A stretch of 64,000 nt of DNA from Mobula hypostoma (Eukaryota), in contig NC_086108.1 in NCBI RefSeq assembly GCF_963921235.1, positions 56,670,001 to 56,734,000 of the forward strand. The letters run 5' to 3'. This document shows, piece by piece, positions 52,701 through 61,680 of the stretch. Within the stretch, counting starts at the first letter, position 1. Each line of letters starts with the position of its first letter. The translations under genes were made by a program, and so were the position numbers. Under the pieces are notes generated by a model that saw nothing but the letters and a program-made list of their open reading frames with translations, made no database searches and was not told where the DNA came from.

Positions 52701-54363
52701 ACCTCCACCATACTGCAAGTGACTTCCACAGTGAAAAGTGATGCAACATACTTATTCAGTTCATTTGCCATTTCATTGTCCTCCATTACTACCACTCCAG
52801 CAGCATTTTCTAGCGGTCCAATATCCACTCTTACCTCTCTTTTGCACATTATGTATCTGAAGAAATTTTTGGTATCCTCTTTAATATTATTGGCTAGCTT
52901 ACTTTTGTATTCCATCTTTACCTTCTTAACAACTTTTTTAGTTGCCTTCTGTTGTTATTTAAAAGCTTCCCAATCCTCTAACTTCCTACTAACTTGTGCT
53001 CTATTATATGCATAAGCCCTCTTTGGCTTTTATGTTGGCTTTGACTTCTCTTGTTAGCCACAGTTGTGTCATCTTTCCTTTAGAATACTTTTTCCTCTTT
53101 GGGATGTATATATCCTGTGCCTCCCATTTGACATTCCCAGGGCTTAGGAATCCTTGATTGATGAAGGAATATGGAAGCTGCTGGAACCAGCAAGTGCTTT
53201 TTGGCACTGTTTGTGGACAATGTAAAGCAGGAATACCCCCCACTGTCAGGAAAACACAAACTTATTGAAGGCTCAAAGGTTTAAAGGTTCATTTATTATC
53301 AAAGTATGTATGCAATATACAATTCTGAGGTTCTTCTCCAGATAGCCATGAAACTCAGAAAACCACGGAAGTAAGTTCAAAGAGCAACAGCAAACCCATC
53401 CTCCCGCACAAATAAAGAACCGCACCATGATCATCAACCCCCCTCCAATCGCCCTCACCCCCACAAAGTGCTCTTCATGTCCTAACTTTATTTCATTTCA
53501 TCGTAGCCTACCCAGCTTAACCGCTACTGCCTCCTGATAAGGACAACATTGAGTATTGGGCAGTGGTTTTCATGGGTGAAAACATAACTAGCCCATCGAG
53601 CTATTTTCTTGCCTAGCAATTTGAAGATGTGAAAGTCTTTTGCATGCATAGAGAGTTCTTCCAATGAATAAAGTTCAAAGTAAGATTATTACCAAAGAAT
53701 ATAAATGTCAGCATGTACAACACTGAGATTTATTTGCTTGCAGGCATACACAGTAAATCCAAGAAACACAATAGAATCAATGAAAGACTGCATCAACAAG
53801 ATGGACAAACGATCAATGTGCAAAAGACAACAAACTGTTCAAATACAATAGATAGATAGATAAATAAATAAATAAGCAAGCAATGAACATCGAGCATGAC
53901 GTGAAGAGTTCTTGAAAGTGAGTCCATAGGTTGTGGGAACAGTTCGATAGGGATCAGTGAAGTTGTCCCCTGTGGTTCAAGAGCCAGATGGAGCCTAACA
54001 GGAGTAGGATTGTCACAGAAATTGGGAAAGACCACCCGATCTACTCTTTGGTGCAGCTATGCAGCCCTGATAGTTAGCAAAATCAGAAAGCTGCAGCTTT
54101 TGCCTGCAAGAGAGCTTTTTATATGTTTATTTGTATTTCAAATTCAAAAAAGTAAAGACGTGAGCTTCCTGCATCTCCTTTTCAATGTTACATCTTTCTT
54201 GTTTCAGAACCTACAATGGGACCAAATGTTTCATTGATGAAATTGGATGGACCACAAGTTCAAATAAAATGGGAGGAGATTCCACTCGAACAACGGCAAG
54301 GGTTTATCATAGGCTATACTATATATGTGAAAAGAGGTTCAGATGGATCCAGCCTTGTTCCAT
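10699..54363 (+). CDS. il23r: Class I cytokine receptor, IL23R-like (IL12RB2/gp130 family), spliced, 3'-partial: join(10699-10777,13355-13648,14829-14946,28755-28924,30904-31058,35118-35271,39398-39480,44004-44211,45236-45466,45863-45964,54208-54363)
   Basis: 11 exons with AG/GT boundaries and intron phases 1,1,2,1,0,1,0,1,1,1,(1) give a 1750-nt open frame. Domains: signal peptide, Ig-like (GSNISITC...VC...QSGYPP), D2 ([22 protein letters not shown]), D3 (YEFQIRC...SSEWS), FNIII D4-D6. Family call is firm; il23r versus il12rb2-like orthology is inference. Confidence 0.7.
12990..13290 (-). mobile_element. Old CR1 3' fragment
   Basis: gaattccaaagattcac...gaagaaatttctcctca matches the CR1 3' ends at about 26520 and 51270. 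Confidence 0.6.
13355..13648 (+). CDS. il23r: Receptor exon: Ig-like D1 domain
   Basis: ttttctctttcag| acceptor and T|GTAAGT donor, 294 nt; [22 protein letters not shown]...CYVQC...[10 protein letters not shown]. Confidence 0.92.
14433..14679 (+). mobile_element. tRNA-derived SINE, full length
   Basis: B-box GTTCGAATCC 14487-14496, A-rich tail ending 14678, 9-bp TSD CTCAAATAG (14424-14432 and 14680-14688). Confidence 0.85.
14829..14946 (+). CDS. il23r: Receptor exon: D2 first half ([39 protein letters not shown])
   Basis: gttgttag| acceptor and AAG|GTGAGT donor; hallmark PP..P..L.C...C.W..G..T...T.Y motif. Confidence 0.92.
15700..18920 (-). mobile_element. CR1 LINE (5'-truncated, RT region) interrupted by a Rex1-like insertion
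   Basis: ORFs 18144-18971 and 17664-17954 ([33 protein letters not shown]). Its 3' end lies at 15700-15815 and resumes at 17577. Confidence 0.9.
15816..17576 (-). mobile_element. Rex1/Babar-like non-LTR retrotransposon, 5'-truncated, RT largely intact
   Basis: 453-aa ORF 16225-17586 ([29 protein letters not shown]); 3' end AATAAA plus (TATGAC)n tail. Confidence 0.9.
21280..22400 (+). mobile_element. Old CR1 fragment
   Basis: Degenerate KFA.N, HLEYC, QRRF and RDLIET motifs; boundaries approximate. Confidence 0.6.
22470..23350 (-). mobile_element. Tc1 transposon remnant with internal inversion
   Basis: TIR-like GTGCTTTGAAAAAGTATTCAGCCCC; minus-strand transposase C-terminus ([17 protein letters not shown] ... 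GSTKY*); plus-strand piece KHFAKCHLE...LWLDESKV at about 23200-23350. Confidence 0.75.
23700..24040 (-). mobile_element. Tigger/pogo-like non-autonomous DNA transposon end
   Basis: Ends CCCAATTAACCGGAATCCACTG followed by TA. Confidence 0.6.
24466..25086. mobile_element. Mariner-type MITE
   Basis: TA TSD on both sides; CGAGGGGTGATTGATA...TATCAATCACCCCTCG termini; long imperfect palindrome. Confidence 0.88.
26300..27225 (-). mobile_element. CR1 LINE 3' fragment
   Basis: ORFs with [16 protein letters not shown] and MRGDLIET; accataag tail repeats. Confidence 0.88.
27280..27775 (-). mobile_element. Rex1/L2-like LINE 3' fragment
   Basis: Degenerate RT C-terminal region similar to 37515-38570 and 42676-43695. 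Confidence 0.6.
28045..28660 (+). mobile_element. Rex1/L2-like LINE RT fragment
   Basis: ORF 28132-28434 [15 protein letters not shown]; 3' tail AATAAA plus (actttga)n. Confidence 0.75.
28755..28924 (+). CDS. il23r: Receptor exon: D2 second half ([10 protein letters not shown]...[26 protein letters not shown])
   Basis: gtgttacag| acceptor and TAG|GTAAGA donor, phase 2 to 1; VWVQA.NALG motif. Confidence 0.92.
29200..30193 (+). mobile_element. CR1 LINE 3' part
   Basis: SGVPQG, FADD and YCAQFWSP motifs; (ttctatgt)n tail; same subfamily as 15700-18920. Confidence 0.9.
30904..31058 (+). CDS. il23r: Receptor exon: D3 first half ([27 protein letters not shown]...SWTR)
   Basis: caaatag| acceptor and CGG|GTAGGT donor, phase 1 to 0. 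Confidence 0.9.
31580..34015 (+). mobile_element. CR1 LINE ORF2 (endonuclease plus RT), decayed
   Basis: [24 protein letters not shown] motifs; many stops and frameshifts; CR1 tail. Confidence 0.9.
35118..35271 (+). CDS. il23r: Receptor exon: D3 second half with WSXWS-position motif (…[35 protein letters not shown])
   Basis: attatag| acceptor and CAG|GTGAGT donor, phase 0 to 1; YEFQIRC and xSxWS...TPE. Confidence 0.92.
36455..37340 (+). mobile_element. CR1 fragment interrupted by a SINE
   Basis: LEKVQKRF and [15 protein letters not shown] motifs on either side of the SINE. Confidence 0.75.
36733..36963 (-). mobile_element. tRNA-derived SINE
   Basis: Minus strand TGGCCAAGTGG (A box) and GGTTCGAGCC (B box); TSD GAGTGGTAG (36724-36732 and 36964-36972). 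Confidence 0.8.
37515..38570 (-). mobile_element. Rex1/L2-like LINE 3' fragment
   Basis: [19 protein letters not shown] and [13 protein letters not shown] motifs. Confidence 0.8.
39398..39480 (+). CDS. il23r: Receptor exon: FNIII D4 first part ([28 protein letters not shown])
   Basis: gttgcag| acceptor and AAG|GTTTGT donor, phase 1 to 0; resembles the IL12RB2-type EP.G.LD.W...WK segment. Confidence 0.88.
40346..40942. mobile_element. hAT-family non-autonomous element
   Basis: About 120-bp TIRs starting CAGTGGTCCCCAA; perfect 8-bp TSD CTTTAAAT (40338-40345 and 40943-40950). Confidence 0.9.
42676..43695 (-). mobile_element. Rex1/L2-like LINE 3' fragment
   Basis: ORFs 43142-43654 and 42846-43253 ([25 protein letters not shown]); (aattg)n tail. 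Confidence 0.85.
44004..44211 (+). CDS. il23r: Receptor exon: FNIII D4 second part ([15 protein letters not shown]...[19 protein letters not shown])
   Basis: tttccctag| acceptor and CAA|GTAATT donor, phase 0 to 1; RG.IL.Y and A.NSKG motifs. Confidence 0.9.
44955..45140. mobile_element. Penelope-derived short hairpin element with degenerate hammerhead core
   Basis: Same terminal sequence as the 54923 element (ctgcagatgctggaaat); CTGACGAAGGG...CCTGAAAC at 45056-45080. Confidence 0.7.
45236..45466 (+). CDS. il23r: Receptor exon: FNIII D5 first part (LKAPRNLKV...VKWEPP...GYVVDW...LSWKRLP)
   Basis: caaacag| acceptor and GAAA|GTAAGT donor, 231 nt, phase 1 to 1. Confidence 0.92.
45863..45964 (+). 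CDS. il23r: Receptor exon: FNIII D5 second part ([21 protein letters not shown]...GYSVEG)
   Basis: tatttag| acceptor (tandem TAG GAG) and GAA|GTAAGT donor, 102 nt. Confidence 0.9.
46960..47110 (-). mobile_element. V-SINE fragment
   Basis: ggaggaaac...ggaaacccacacagtcacaaggagaatgtg, the reverse complement of the V-domain. Confidence 0.55.
47115..47760 (-). mobile_element. Non-autonomous LINE-derived element, CpG-rich
   Basis: Minus-strand start AAGATGGCAGCGCGCG and a LINE-like 3' end; no coding motifs. Family uncertain. Confidence 0.45.
48406..50868 (+). mobile_element. Tc1 (IR/DR type) DNA transposon, full-length but defective
   Basis: TA-flanked TIRs of about 210 bp; transposase from ATG 48709 to stop 49774 with HTH region, WTDE, QQDNDPK and SPDLHPIE, broken by stops and frameshifts; right TIR interrupted by an insertion. 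Confidence 0.92.
49946..50818 (-). mobile_element. Solo LTR inserted in the Tc1 right TIR
   Basis: TGTTACAT...ATGTAACA termini; 4-bp TSD GTAG/GTAA; the TIR sequence resumes immediately after. Confidence 0.85.
51055..53135 (-). mobile_element. CR1 LINE ORF2 fragment
   Basis: [19 protein letters not shown] and [11 protein letters not shown] motifs; accataag tail. Confidence 0.9.
54208..54363 (+). CDS. il23r: Receptor exon: FNIII D6 first part (PTMGPNV...[24 protein letters not shown])
   Basis: gtttcag| acceptor; gp130-type W.EIP..Q.GFI..YTI motif. The donor CAT|GTAAAT is weak, so the 3' boundary is less certain. Confidence 0.88.
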
Positions 54364-55029
54364 GTAAATCTATTTCTTTTATACTCTTTTTTTTTAATAA
54401 TGAGTAACTTTACTCTTTCTCTTCTTCCTGTCCTGAAGAGGTAAAAAGGTTTTAGTGCAGTTAATGCTGCTGCAAAACTTCTCTATGCTGGTGCTATGAC
54501 AGGAGCAGGGTCACTTCTAATCTGTTCCCCATTAGTAAATTACAGCTCTCTCTGTCTGTGCGAGGTGGAGACCGCACTGTGCCAGAACCCTATCCTCCAC
54601 GACCCTGAGGTCCAAACACTTCTGCGTCCAAAACCATTTGAACTTTCAACTCCATCTCTAGCAATTGTTTGATGCCAATGTTGTATAATCTTACACGTCA
54701 TTTTGATTATTAATGTAAACAATATGTGAGGCTTAGTAATCAAATGCAACAAAGCAAAGTTGTAAGCTCACTAATTCTTTGTGCAAGCTGCTAAGCAAGA
54801 AATAACCCTCATCATTAACTCTTCAGTGAAATACACATCAGTTTACAAGTATGATGTTCACTAATAAGTTTAAATAATTACTGCATTAGGCAGCAATTAT
54901 TTAAAACTGAATAACATAGGAATTTAAATGCAAACAACAGGAATTCTGCAGATGCTGGAAATTCAAGCAACATACATCAAAGTTGCTGGTGAACGCAGCA
55001 GGCCAGGCAGCATCTATAGGAAGAGGCGC

Positions 55030-55065
55030 AGTCGGCGTTTCAGGCCGAGACCCTTCGTCAGGACT
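55030..55065 (-). ncRNA. Minimal hammerhead ribozyme copy, probably inactive
   Basis: Same fold, but GAAACGCC replaces GAAACGTC (change at 55035), removing the conserved U of the NUH triplet. Confidence 0.65.
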
Positions 55066-56544
55066 AACTGAAGGAAGAGTGAGTAAGGGATTTGAAAGCT
55101 GGAGGGGGAGGGGGAGATGCAAAATGATAGGAGAAGACAGGAGGGGGAGGGATGGAGCCAAGAGCTGGACAGGTGATAGGCAAAAGGGGATACGAGAGGA
55201 TCATGGGACAGGAGGTCCGGGAAGAAAGACAGGGGGGGGGTGACCCAGAGGATGGGCAAGAGGTATATTCAGAGGGACAGAGGGAGAAAAAGGAGAGTGA
55301 GAGAAAGAATGTGTGCATAAAAATGAGTAACAGATGGGGTACGAGGGGGAGGTGGGGCCTTAGCGGAAGTTAGAGAAGTCGATGTTCATGCCATCAGGTT
55401 GGAGGCTACCCAGACGGAATATAAGGTGTTGTTCCTCCAACTTGAGTGTGGCTTCATCTTTACAGTAGAGGAGGCCGTAGATAGACATGTCAGAATGGGA
55501 ATGGGATGTGGAATTAAAATGTGTGGCCACTGGGAGATCCTGCTTTCTCTGGCGGACAGAGCGTAGATGTTCAGCAAAGCGGTCTCCCAGTCTGCGTCGG
55601 GCCTTTTATATATTGGTGACACTAGGAATAGGGTTCCCCTGGTCCTCACCTACCACCCCACCAGCCTCCGGGTCCAACATATTATTCTCCGTAACTTCTG
55701 CCACCTCCAACGGGATCCCACCACTAAGCACATCTTTCCCTCCCCCCGCCTCTCTGCATTCCGCAGGGATCGCTCCCTACACAACTCCCTTGTCCATTCG
55801 TCCCCCCCATCCCTGCCCACTGATCTCCCTCCTGGCACTTATCCGTGTAAGCGGAACAAGTGCTACACATGCCCTTACACTTCCTCCCTTACCACCATTC
55901 AGGGCCCCAAACAGTCCTTCCAGGTGAGGCATCACTTCACCTGTGAGTCGACTGGGGTGATATACTGCGTCCGGTGCTCCCGATGTGGCCTTTTATATAT
56001 TGGTGAGACCCGACGCAGACTGGGAGACCGCTTTGCTGAACATCTACGCTCTGTTTGCCAGAGAAAGTAGGATCTCCCAGTGGCCACACATTTTAATTCC
56101 ACATCCCATTCCCATTCTGACATGTCTATCCACGGCCTCCTCTACTGTAAAGATGAAGCCACACTCAGGTTGGAGGAACAACACCTTATATTCCGTCTGG
56201 GTAGCCTCCAACCTGATGGCATGAACATCGACTTCTCTAACTTCCGCTAAGGCCCCACCTCCCCCTCGTACCCCATCTGTTACTCATTTTTATGCACACA
56301 TTCTTTCTCTCACTCTCCTTTTTCTCCCTCTGTCCCTCTGAATATACCTCTTGCCCATCCTCTGGGTCACCCCCCCCCCCGTCTTTCTTCCCGGACCTCC
56401 TGTCCCATGATCCTCTCGTATCCCCTTTTGCCTATCACCTGTCAGCTCTCGGCTCTATCCCTCCCCCTCCTGTCTTCTCCTATCATTTTGCATCTCCCCC
56501 TCCCCCTCCAGCTTTCAAATCCCTTACTCACTCTTCCTTCAGTT

Positions 56545-56580
56545 AGTCCTGACGAAGGGTCTCGGCCTGAAACGTCGACT
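56545..56580 (+). ncRNA. Minimal type I hammerhead ribozyme
   Basis: Stem I AGTC/GACT, core CTGACGA, stem II AGG/CCT, GAAA, palindromic ACGT stem III, GTC cleavage triplet (cut after 56576). Confidence 0.8.
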
Positions 56581-56781
56581 GCGCCTCTTCCTATAGATGC
56601 TGCTTGGCCTGCTGCGTTCACCAGCAACTTTGATGTATGTTGTAACATAGGAACTTGTAATCTGGTGAATCTTGAAATTGACTCTGGAGGGTCACAGAGT
56701 TGGAAATAATTAAACTTTGAATGATTATGGGGAGCTGGTGGAGAAGAGATGAGGACTGGAGAACTGGGGCAAATCAGTTAT

Positions 56782-57903
56782 TGTCATGGTCTGGTCCATG
56801 ATGTCCGTATTCCGGTTCATGGTCCGGTCCATAGCTCCTTATTCCTGGGTTTCTGGAGTTTTCCCCAGTTCTGTTGTAGGCACATGATTCTCGGTTTGGG
56901 GCTGAGACATAAATACCTCCGCAAACCAGGGATTCCCTGCAGGACTGTTCTGTTTCCCTCCTTGTCTTTTCCCCCCTCGCCTGACTCTCTGCCTGGATAC
57001 CTCGCCTGACTCTCTGCCTGCTCACCTAGCCTGTATACCCCGCCTGTATCGTTGAAGTTTTACTGCCGGAGCAAGACTGGAGCCTTGTTAGGTCAAGATA
57101 AGGAACTGTCTTTCGTTGTGTGGAATTGTCTCTCTGTGCCCACGCCTTCGCTAGGTGGGTCCAGCCTTTTGCCGCCACCTTGTGTTGGGATCCGTCTCTT
57201 CATGTTCAGCATTCTGTGTATGAGTCCCAGCCCTACATCCTGTTCCCAAGGAGGGGTCCCAGCTCTGTGTTCCGTGCTCCTGTCTCTTCTAGTCCAAGGT
57301 TCCGTGCTCCTGAAGGCCCTCGTCCAGTCCATGCCTACTCCGGTCCGATCTGAGTCCTATCCATGTGCCTTTACCTGTCCCTGTGTCTCGCCCTACCCAG
57401 GAGTTCCTCACCCAAGCCATGTCCAGCCCTGTAGCCTCGTCTTGTCCTCACCTAGTTCTGAAGTCTGAGCCCAAGTCAAGTCCCAGGTTCTGGGTCCTTG
57501 CCCAGTCTCTGGCTCGGAGTCCATACCCAAGCCTCGAAGTACTCTAGACCCAAGACCCAAGACCCCAAGCCTGTCTCCAAGCCTCAAGACCCCCAGCCTT
57601 TCTCCAAGCCTCAAGATCCCAAGCCTCAAGCCTCAAGACCCCAGCCTCCAGTCCTGCAGTTATGTCATGTCCTTGCCTGGTTCTGGGGCCCAAGCCCGAG
57701 GCAAGTCCCAGGTTCTGGGTCCTTGTCCAGTCTCTGGCTTGGGGTTCAAGCCCAGGCTCCTAGTTCATAGTTCCTTGTCCAGTTTCCCTGTTTCTTGTCC
57801 ATGTCCTAGCCCAGGTCCTGCATCCTTGTCCTGTTCCTAGTACTTCAGTGTCTGTGTCTTGCATTTGGGTCCGCCATCAATCCCCCCCCCCTCCATTGTG
57901 ACA
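56782..57903 (+). mobile_element. Solo-LTR-like element with internal tandem repeats
   Basis: TGTCA...TGACA termini; repeats of caagcctcaagaccc, cctgactctctgcctg and caagtcccaggttctgggtccttg; no TSD found. Confidence 0.65.
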
Positions 57904-58719
57904 GCCCATCGAGGTGCAATAGGGTCAGTGAATGAATGGATCTGGCCTGTTCCCTTTTGACATTGTTTTGCTGTGTGTTTCCAGAGCTGTTTGAGGGAAC
58001 AAAATAAAAGTAGCAGAGCTATGGTATACATGCTTTCAAAACGAACAGAACAGGAAGTAAAGCATAGGTTACTAGTTCAGTGGAGATCCTTTGGTGTCTT
58101 GAAAGACCTGTCTCAGTTACCCATTATGAACACTGCGTACGTGACGAGTACAAAATAAACATGAGAGTGCAAAAGGCACTGCTATGTATTTCAAGTTTCC
58201 ATGTCTATCTTATAAAATTATGCTTATCGTAATGAAAAGTTTTCTCATTTATCTAAACAGTATTTCAGAATATTTCTATCAATGCAACGTAGGCCTTCAA
58301 TTTTTACACTTTTTATTTGTATGTGTTGCATTGTACATCTTCCATCTAGTGTAACCATGCAAGCGAAGGAAAAAGCAACGTAAGCACATATTTAAGTTTC
58401 TGCCATCTGGTCAAGACCTTTGTTATCTACGTCGGGGACTGAAAGAGCCAATTCTCTGTCTGCATCACAACCAAGTGTAGTTTCTTAAGCATCATTTACG
58501 ACAGACTGAAATCAATCCTGGTAAAAGGTCATAATTAGTTTCTACTTGTGTCACATACATGAATAGTGGCATAAATTAGAGATGACTACATGTTGCAAAT
58601 GACAGCCAAGTGCTAAATAAATGCCAGTAGAAACCTTCAAGCTGCCTGACCTTCAGTGACTCACTTGGACAACACCAGCAACGGAAACTTGGCCACTCCT
58701 AGGCCACCAGTTTTAAACA

Positions 58720-61680
58720 GTAGACCATAAAACATAGGAGCAGAATTAGGCCATTCAGCCCATCGAATCTGCTCTGCCATCCCATACACCTGCCTTCTCA
58801 CTGTATCCTTTGATGCTTTGACCCATCAGAGAACAATCAACCTCTGCCTTAAATATACGCAAGGACTTGGCCTCCACCGCAGTCTGTGGCAGAGCATTTC
58901 ACAGATTTACTACTCTCTGGCTAAAAAAAATTACTCCTTACCTCTGTTCTAAACAGTCACCCCTCAACTTTGAGGCTGTTCCCTCTAGTTCTGGATACCC
59001 CACTATAGGAAACATCCTCGCCACATCCACCCTATCTAGTCCTTTCAACATTTGGTAGGTTTCAATGAGATCTCCCACATTCCTCTAAATTCCAGTGAGT
59101 ACAGGCCTACAGCTGCCAAACACTCCTCATATGTTAACTCCTTCATTCCTGGAATCATCCTTGTGAACCTCTTCTGAACTTTCCCTAATGATAACAGATC
59201 CTTTCTGAGATATGGGGCCCAAAACCGTTGACAATACTCCAAGTACAACCTGACTAGTGTCTTATAAAGGCTCAGCATAATCTCCTTGCTTTCATATTCT
59301 ATTCCCCTTGAAATAAATGCCAACATTGCATTTGCCTTTTTTACCATAGACTCAACCTTTAAATTAATCTTCTGGGAGTCCTCAGTCTGTCTGCGCCTCT
59401 GATGTTTGAACATTCTCCCCATTTAGGTAATAGTCTGCACTATTGTTCCTTTCACCAAAGTGCATAATCATACATTTCCCAACATTGTATTCCATCTGCC
59501 ACATTTTTGCCCATTCTTCCAATTTGTCTAAGTCCTGCTGCAATTGCATTGCTTCCTCAGCACTACCTACTCCTCCACCTATCTTCGTATCATTCGCAAA
59601 CTTTGCCACAAAGCCATTAATTCCATTATCTAAATCACTGACAAACAATGTGAAAAGCAGCAGTCCCAATACTGACCCATGAGGAAAACCACTAGTCATC
59701 GGCAGCCAACCAGAGAAGGCCCCTTTTATTCCCACTGGCTGCCTCCTGCCTGTCAGCCATTCCGCTAAGCATGCCAGTACCTTTCCAGTAACACCATAGG
59801 ATTTTATCTTGTTAAGCAGCCTCATGTGTGGCACCTTATCAAATGCCTTCTGAAAATCCAAGTGAGTGATATCCACTGCCTCTCCTTTGTCCACCTTGCT
59901 TCCTCGAATAATTCCAACAGATTTGTCAGGCAAGATATCCCTTTACAGAAGCCACGCTGAGTTTGACTTATTTTATCATTAGTCTCCAAGAACCTTGAAA
60001 CCTCATCCTTAATAATAGACTCCAACACTTTCCGAACTACTGGTTAGATTAATTGGGCTATTATTCCCTTTCTTTTGCCTTTCTCCTTTCTTAAAGAGTG
60101 GAGTGACATTTGCAATTTTCCAATCCTCCGGGACCATGCCAGAATCAAGTGATGCTTGAAAGATCATGACCAATGCATCCATTATCTCTTCACCAACCTC
60201 TCTCAGGATTCTGGGATGTAGTCCATCTGGTCCAGGTGACTTATCCACCTGAAGACCTTTGGGTTTGCCTTGCATTTTTTCCTTTGTAATAGCAATAGCA
60301 CTCACTCCTGCTCCCTGACACTCATGGACCTCTGGCACACTGCTAGTGTCTTCCACAGTGAAGACTGATACAAAGTACCCATTAAGTCCACCTGCCATTT
60401 CTTTTTCCCCCATTACTACCTCACCAGCATCATTTTCCAGTGGTCCAATATCAACTCTGACCTCCCTTTTACTCTTTATATAACGAAAAAACACTTTTTA
60501 TCCTGCTTTATATTATTGGCTTACCTGCCCTCATATTTCATCTTTTCCCTTCTTATAACTTTTTTAGTTGCTTTTTGTTGGATTTTAAAAGCTTCCCAAT
60601 CATCCAACTTCCCACTGACTTTTGCTACCTTATATGGCCTTTTCTTACCTTTCATGCAGTCCTTAACTTCCCTTGTCAGCCATGGTTGCCTACACCTGCC
60701 ATTTGAGAACTTCTTCCTCTGTGGGACATATCTGTCCTGCGCCTTGTGACCTGTTCTCAGAAACTTCAGCCATCTCTACTCTGCCATCATTCCCGCCAGC
60801 ATCCTCTTCCAATCCACCCAGACAAGTTCCCCTTTCACGCCTCTGCAATTCCATTTATTCCATTGCAATACTGATGCACGTGAGTTTATGCTTCTCCCTC
60901 TCAATTGCAGTATGAATTCTATCACTGCCTCCTAAGGGTTCTGTTATGTTAAGCTCCCCAATAAGGTTTAGGTTATTACACAACACCCAGTAGCCTTTCC
61001 TCAAGAAGGCTCAAGCACAAGCTGCTGTAAACAGCCATCTCGTAGGCATTTAACAAATTTCCTCTCTAGTGATATGACACCAACCTGATTTTCCCAATCC
61101 CCTTACATATTGATGTCCTCCTTTACAATTGTGACATCACCCTTATTACATGCCTTTTCCAGCTCCCTTGCAATCTCAACCCCACATCTTGGCTGCTAAT
61201 TGGAGACCTATATGTGATTCCCATTATGGTTTTTTCACCCTTGCAATTTCTTAACTCCACCCACATAGATTCAACATTCTCTGACCCTGTGTCACCTCTT
61301 TCTAAAGATGTAATTCCAGCTCTTACCAACAGAGCCATACCACCACCTATGCCTTCTTGCCTGTCCTTTTGATACAAAGTATGTCCTTGATGTTAGGCTC
61401 CCAACTATGGCCTTCTGTCAGCCACGACTCAGTGATGCCCACAATGACATACCAACCAATCTGTGATTGCACCATGAGTTCATCCACCTTATTCCAAATG
61501 CTACATGCATTTAAGTACAGCACCTTGAAGTCCTGCATTCTTCACCCTTTTGAATTTTGCCTCTGTGGTACAAATTAATCCTTTGCTCTGCCTGCATTTG
61601 TACCCAATCATTGGCTTGTCCTTCCTCGCATTCATGTTACACCCATCGTCTGCTTGTAAACCTGCTGCTCACCCTCAGCT
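58720..61680 (-). mobile_element. CR1 LINE, near-complete decayed ORF2
   Basis: [35 protein letters not shown] and KFAND motifs across several frames. Confidence 0.9.

Larger units (their letters stand above)
54923..56642. mobile_element. Penelope-like element, truncated, with inverted duplication (GIY-YIG endonuclease)
   Basis: ORF 55567-56070 RVPLVLTYHP...VIYCVRCSRCGLLYIGETRRRLGDRFAEHL; inverted arms 54968-55601 and 56009-56642; 11-bp TSD TAACATAGGAA (54912-54922 and 56643-56653). Confidence 0.92.

Noticed and set aside
57500..57760. Short repeats as a CRISPR array or a Pro/Lys-rich coding repeat
   Set aside because: Irregular tandem units without unique spacers, inside an LTR-like element in vertebrate DNA.
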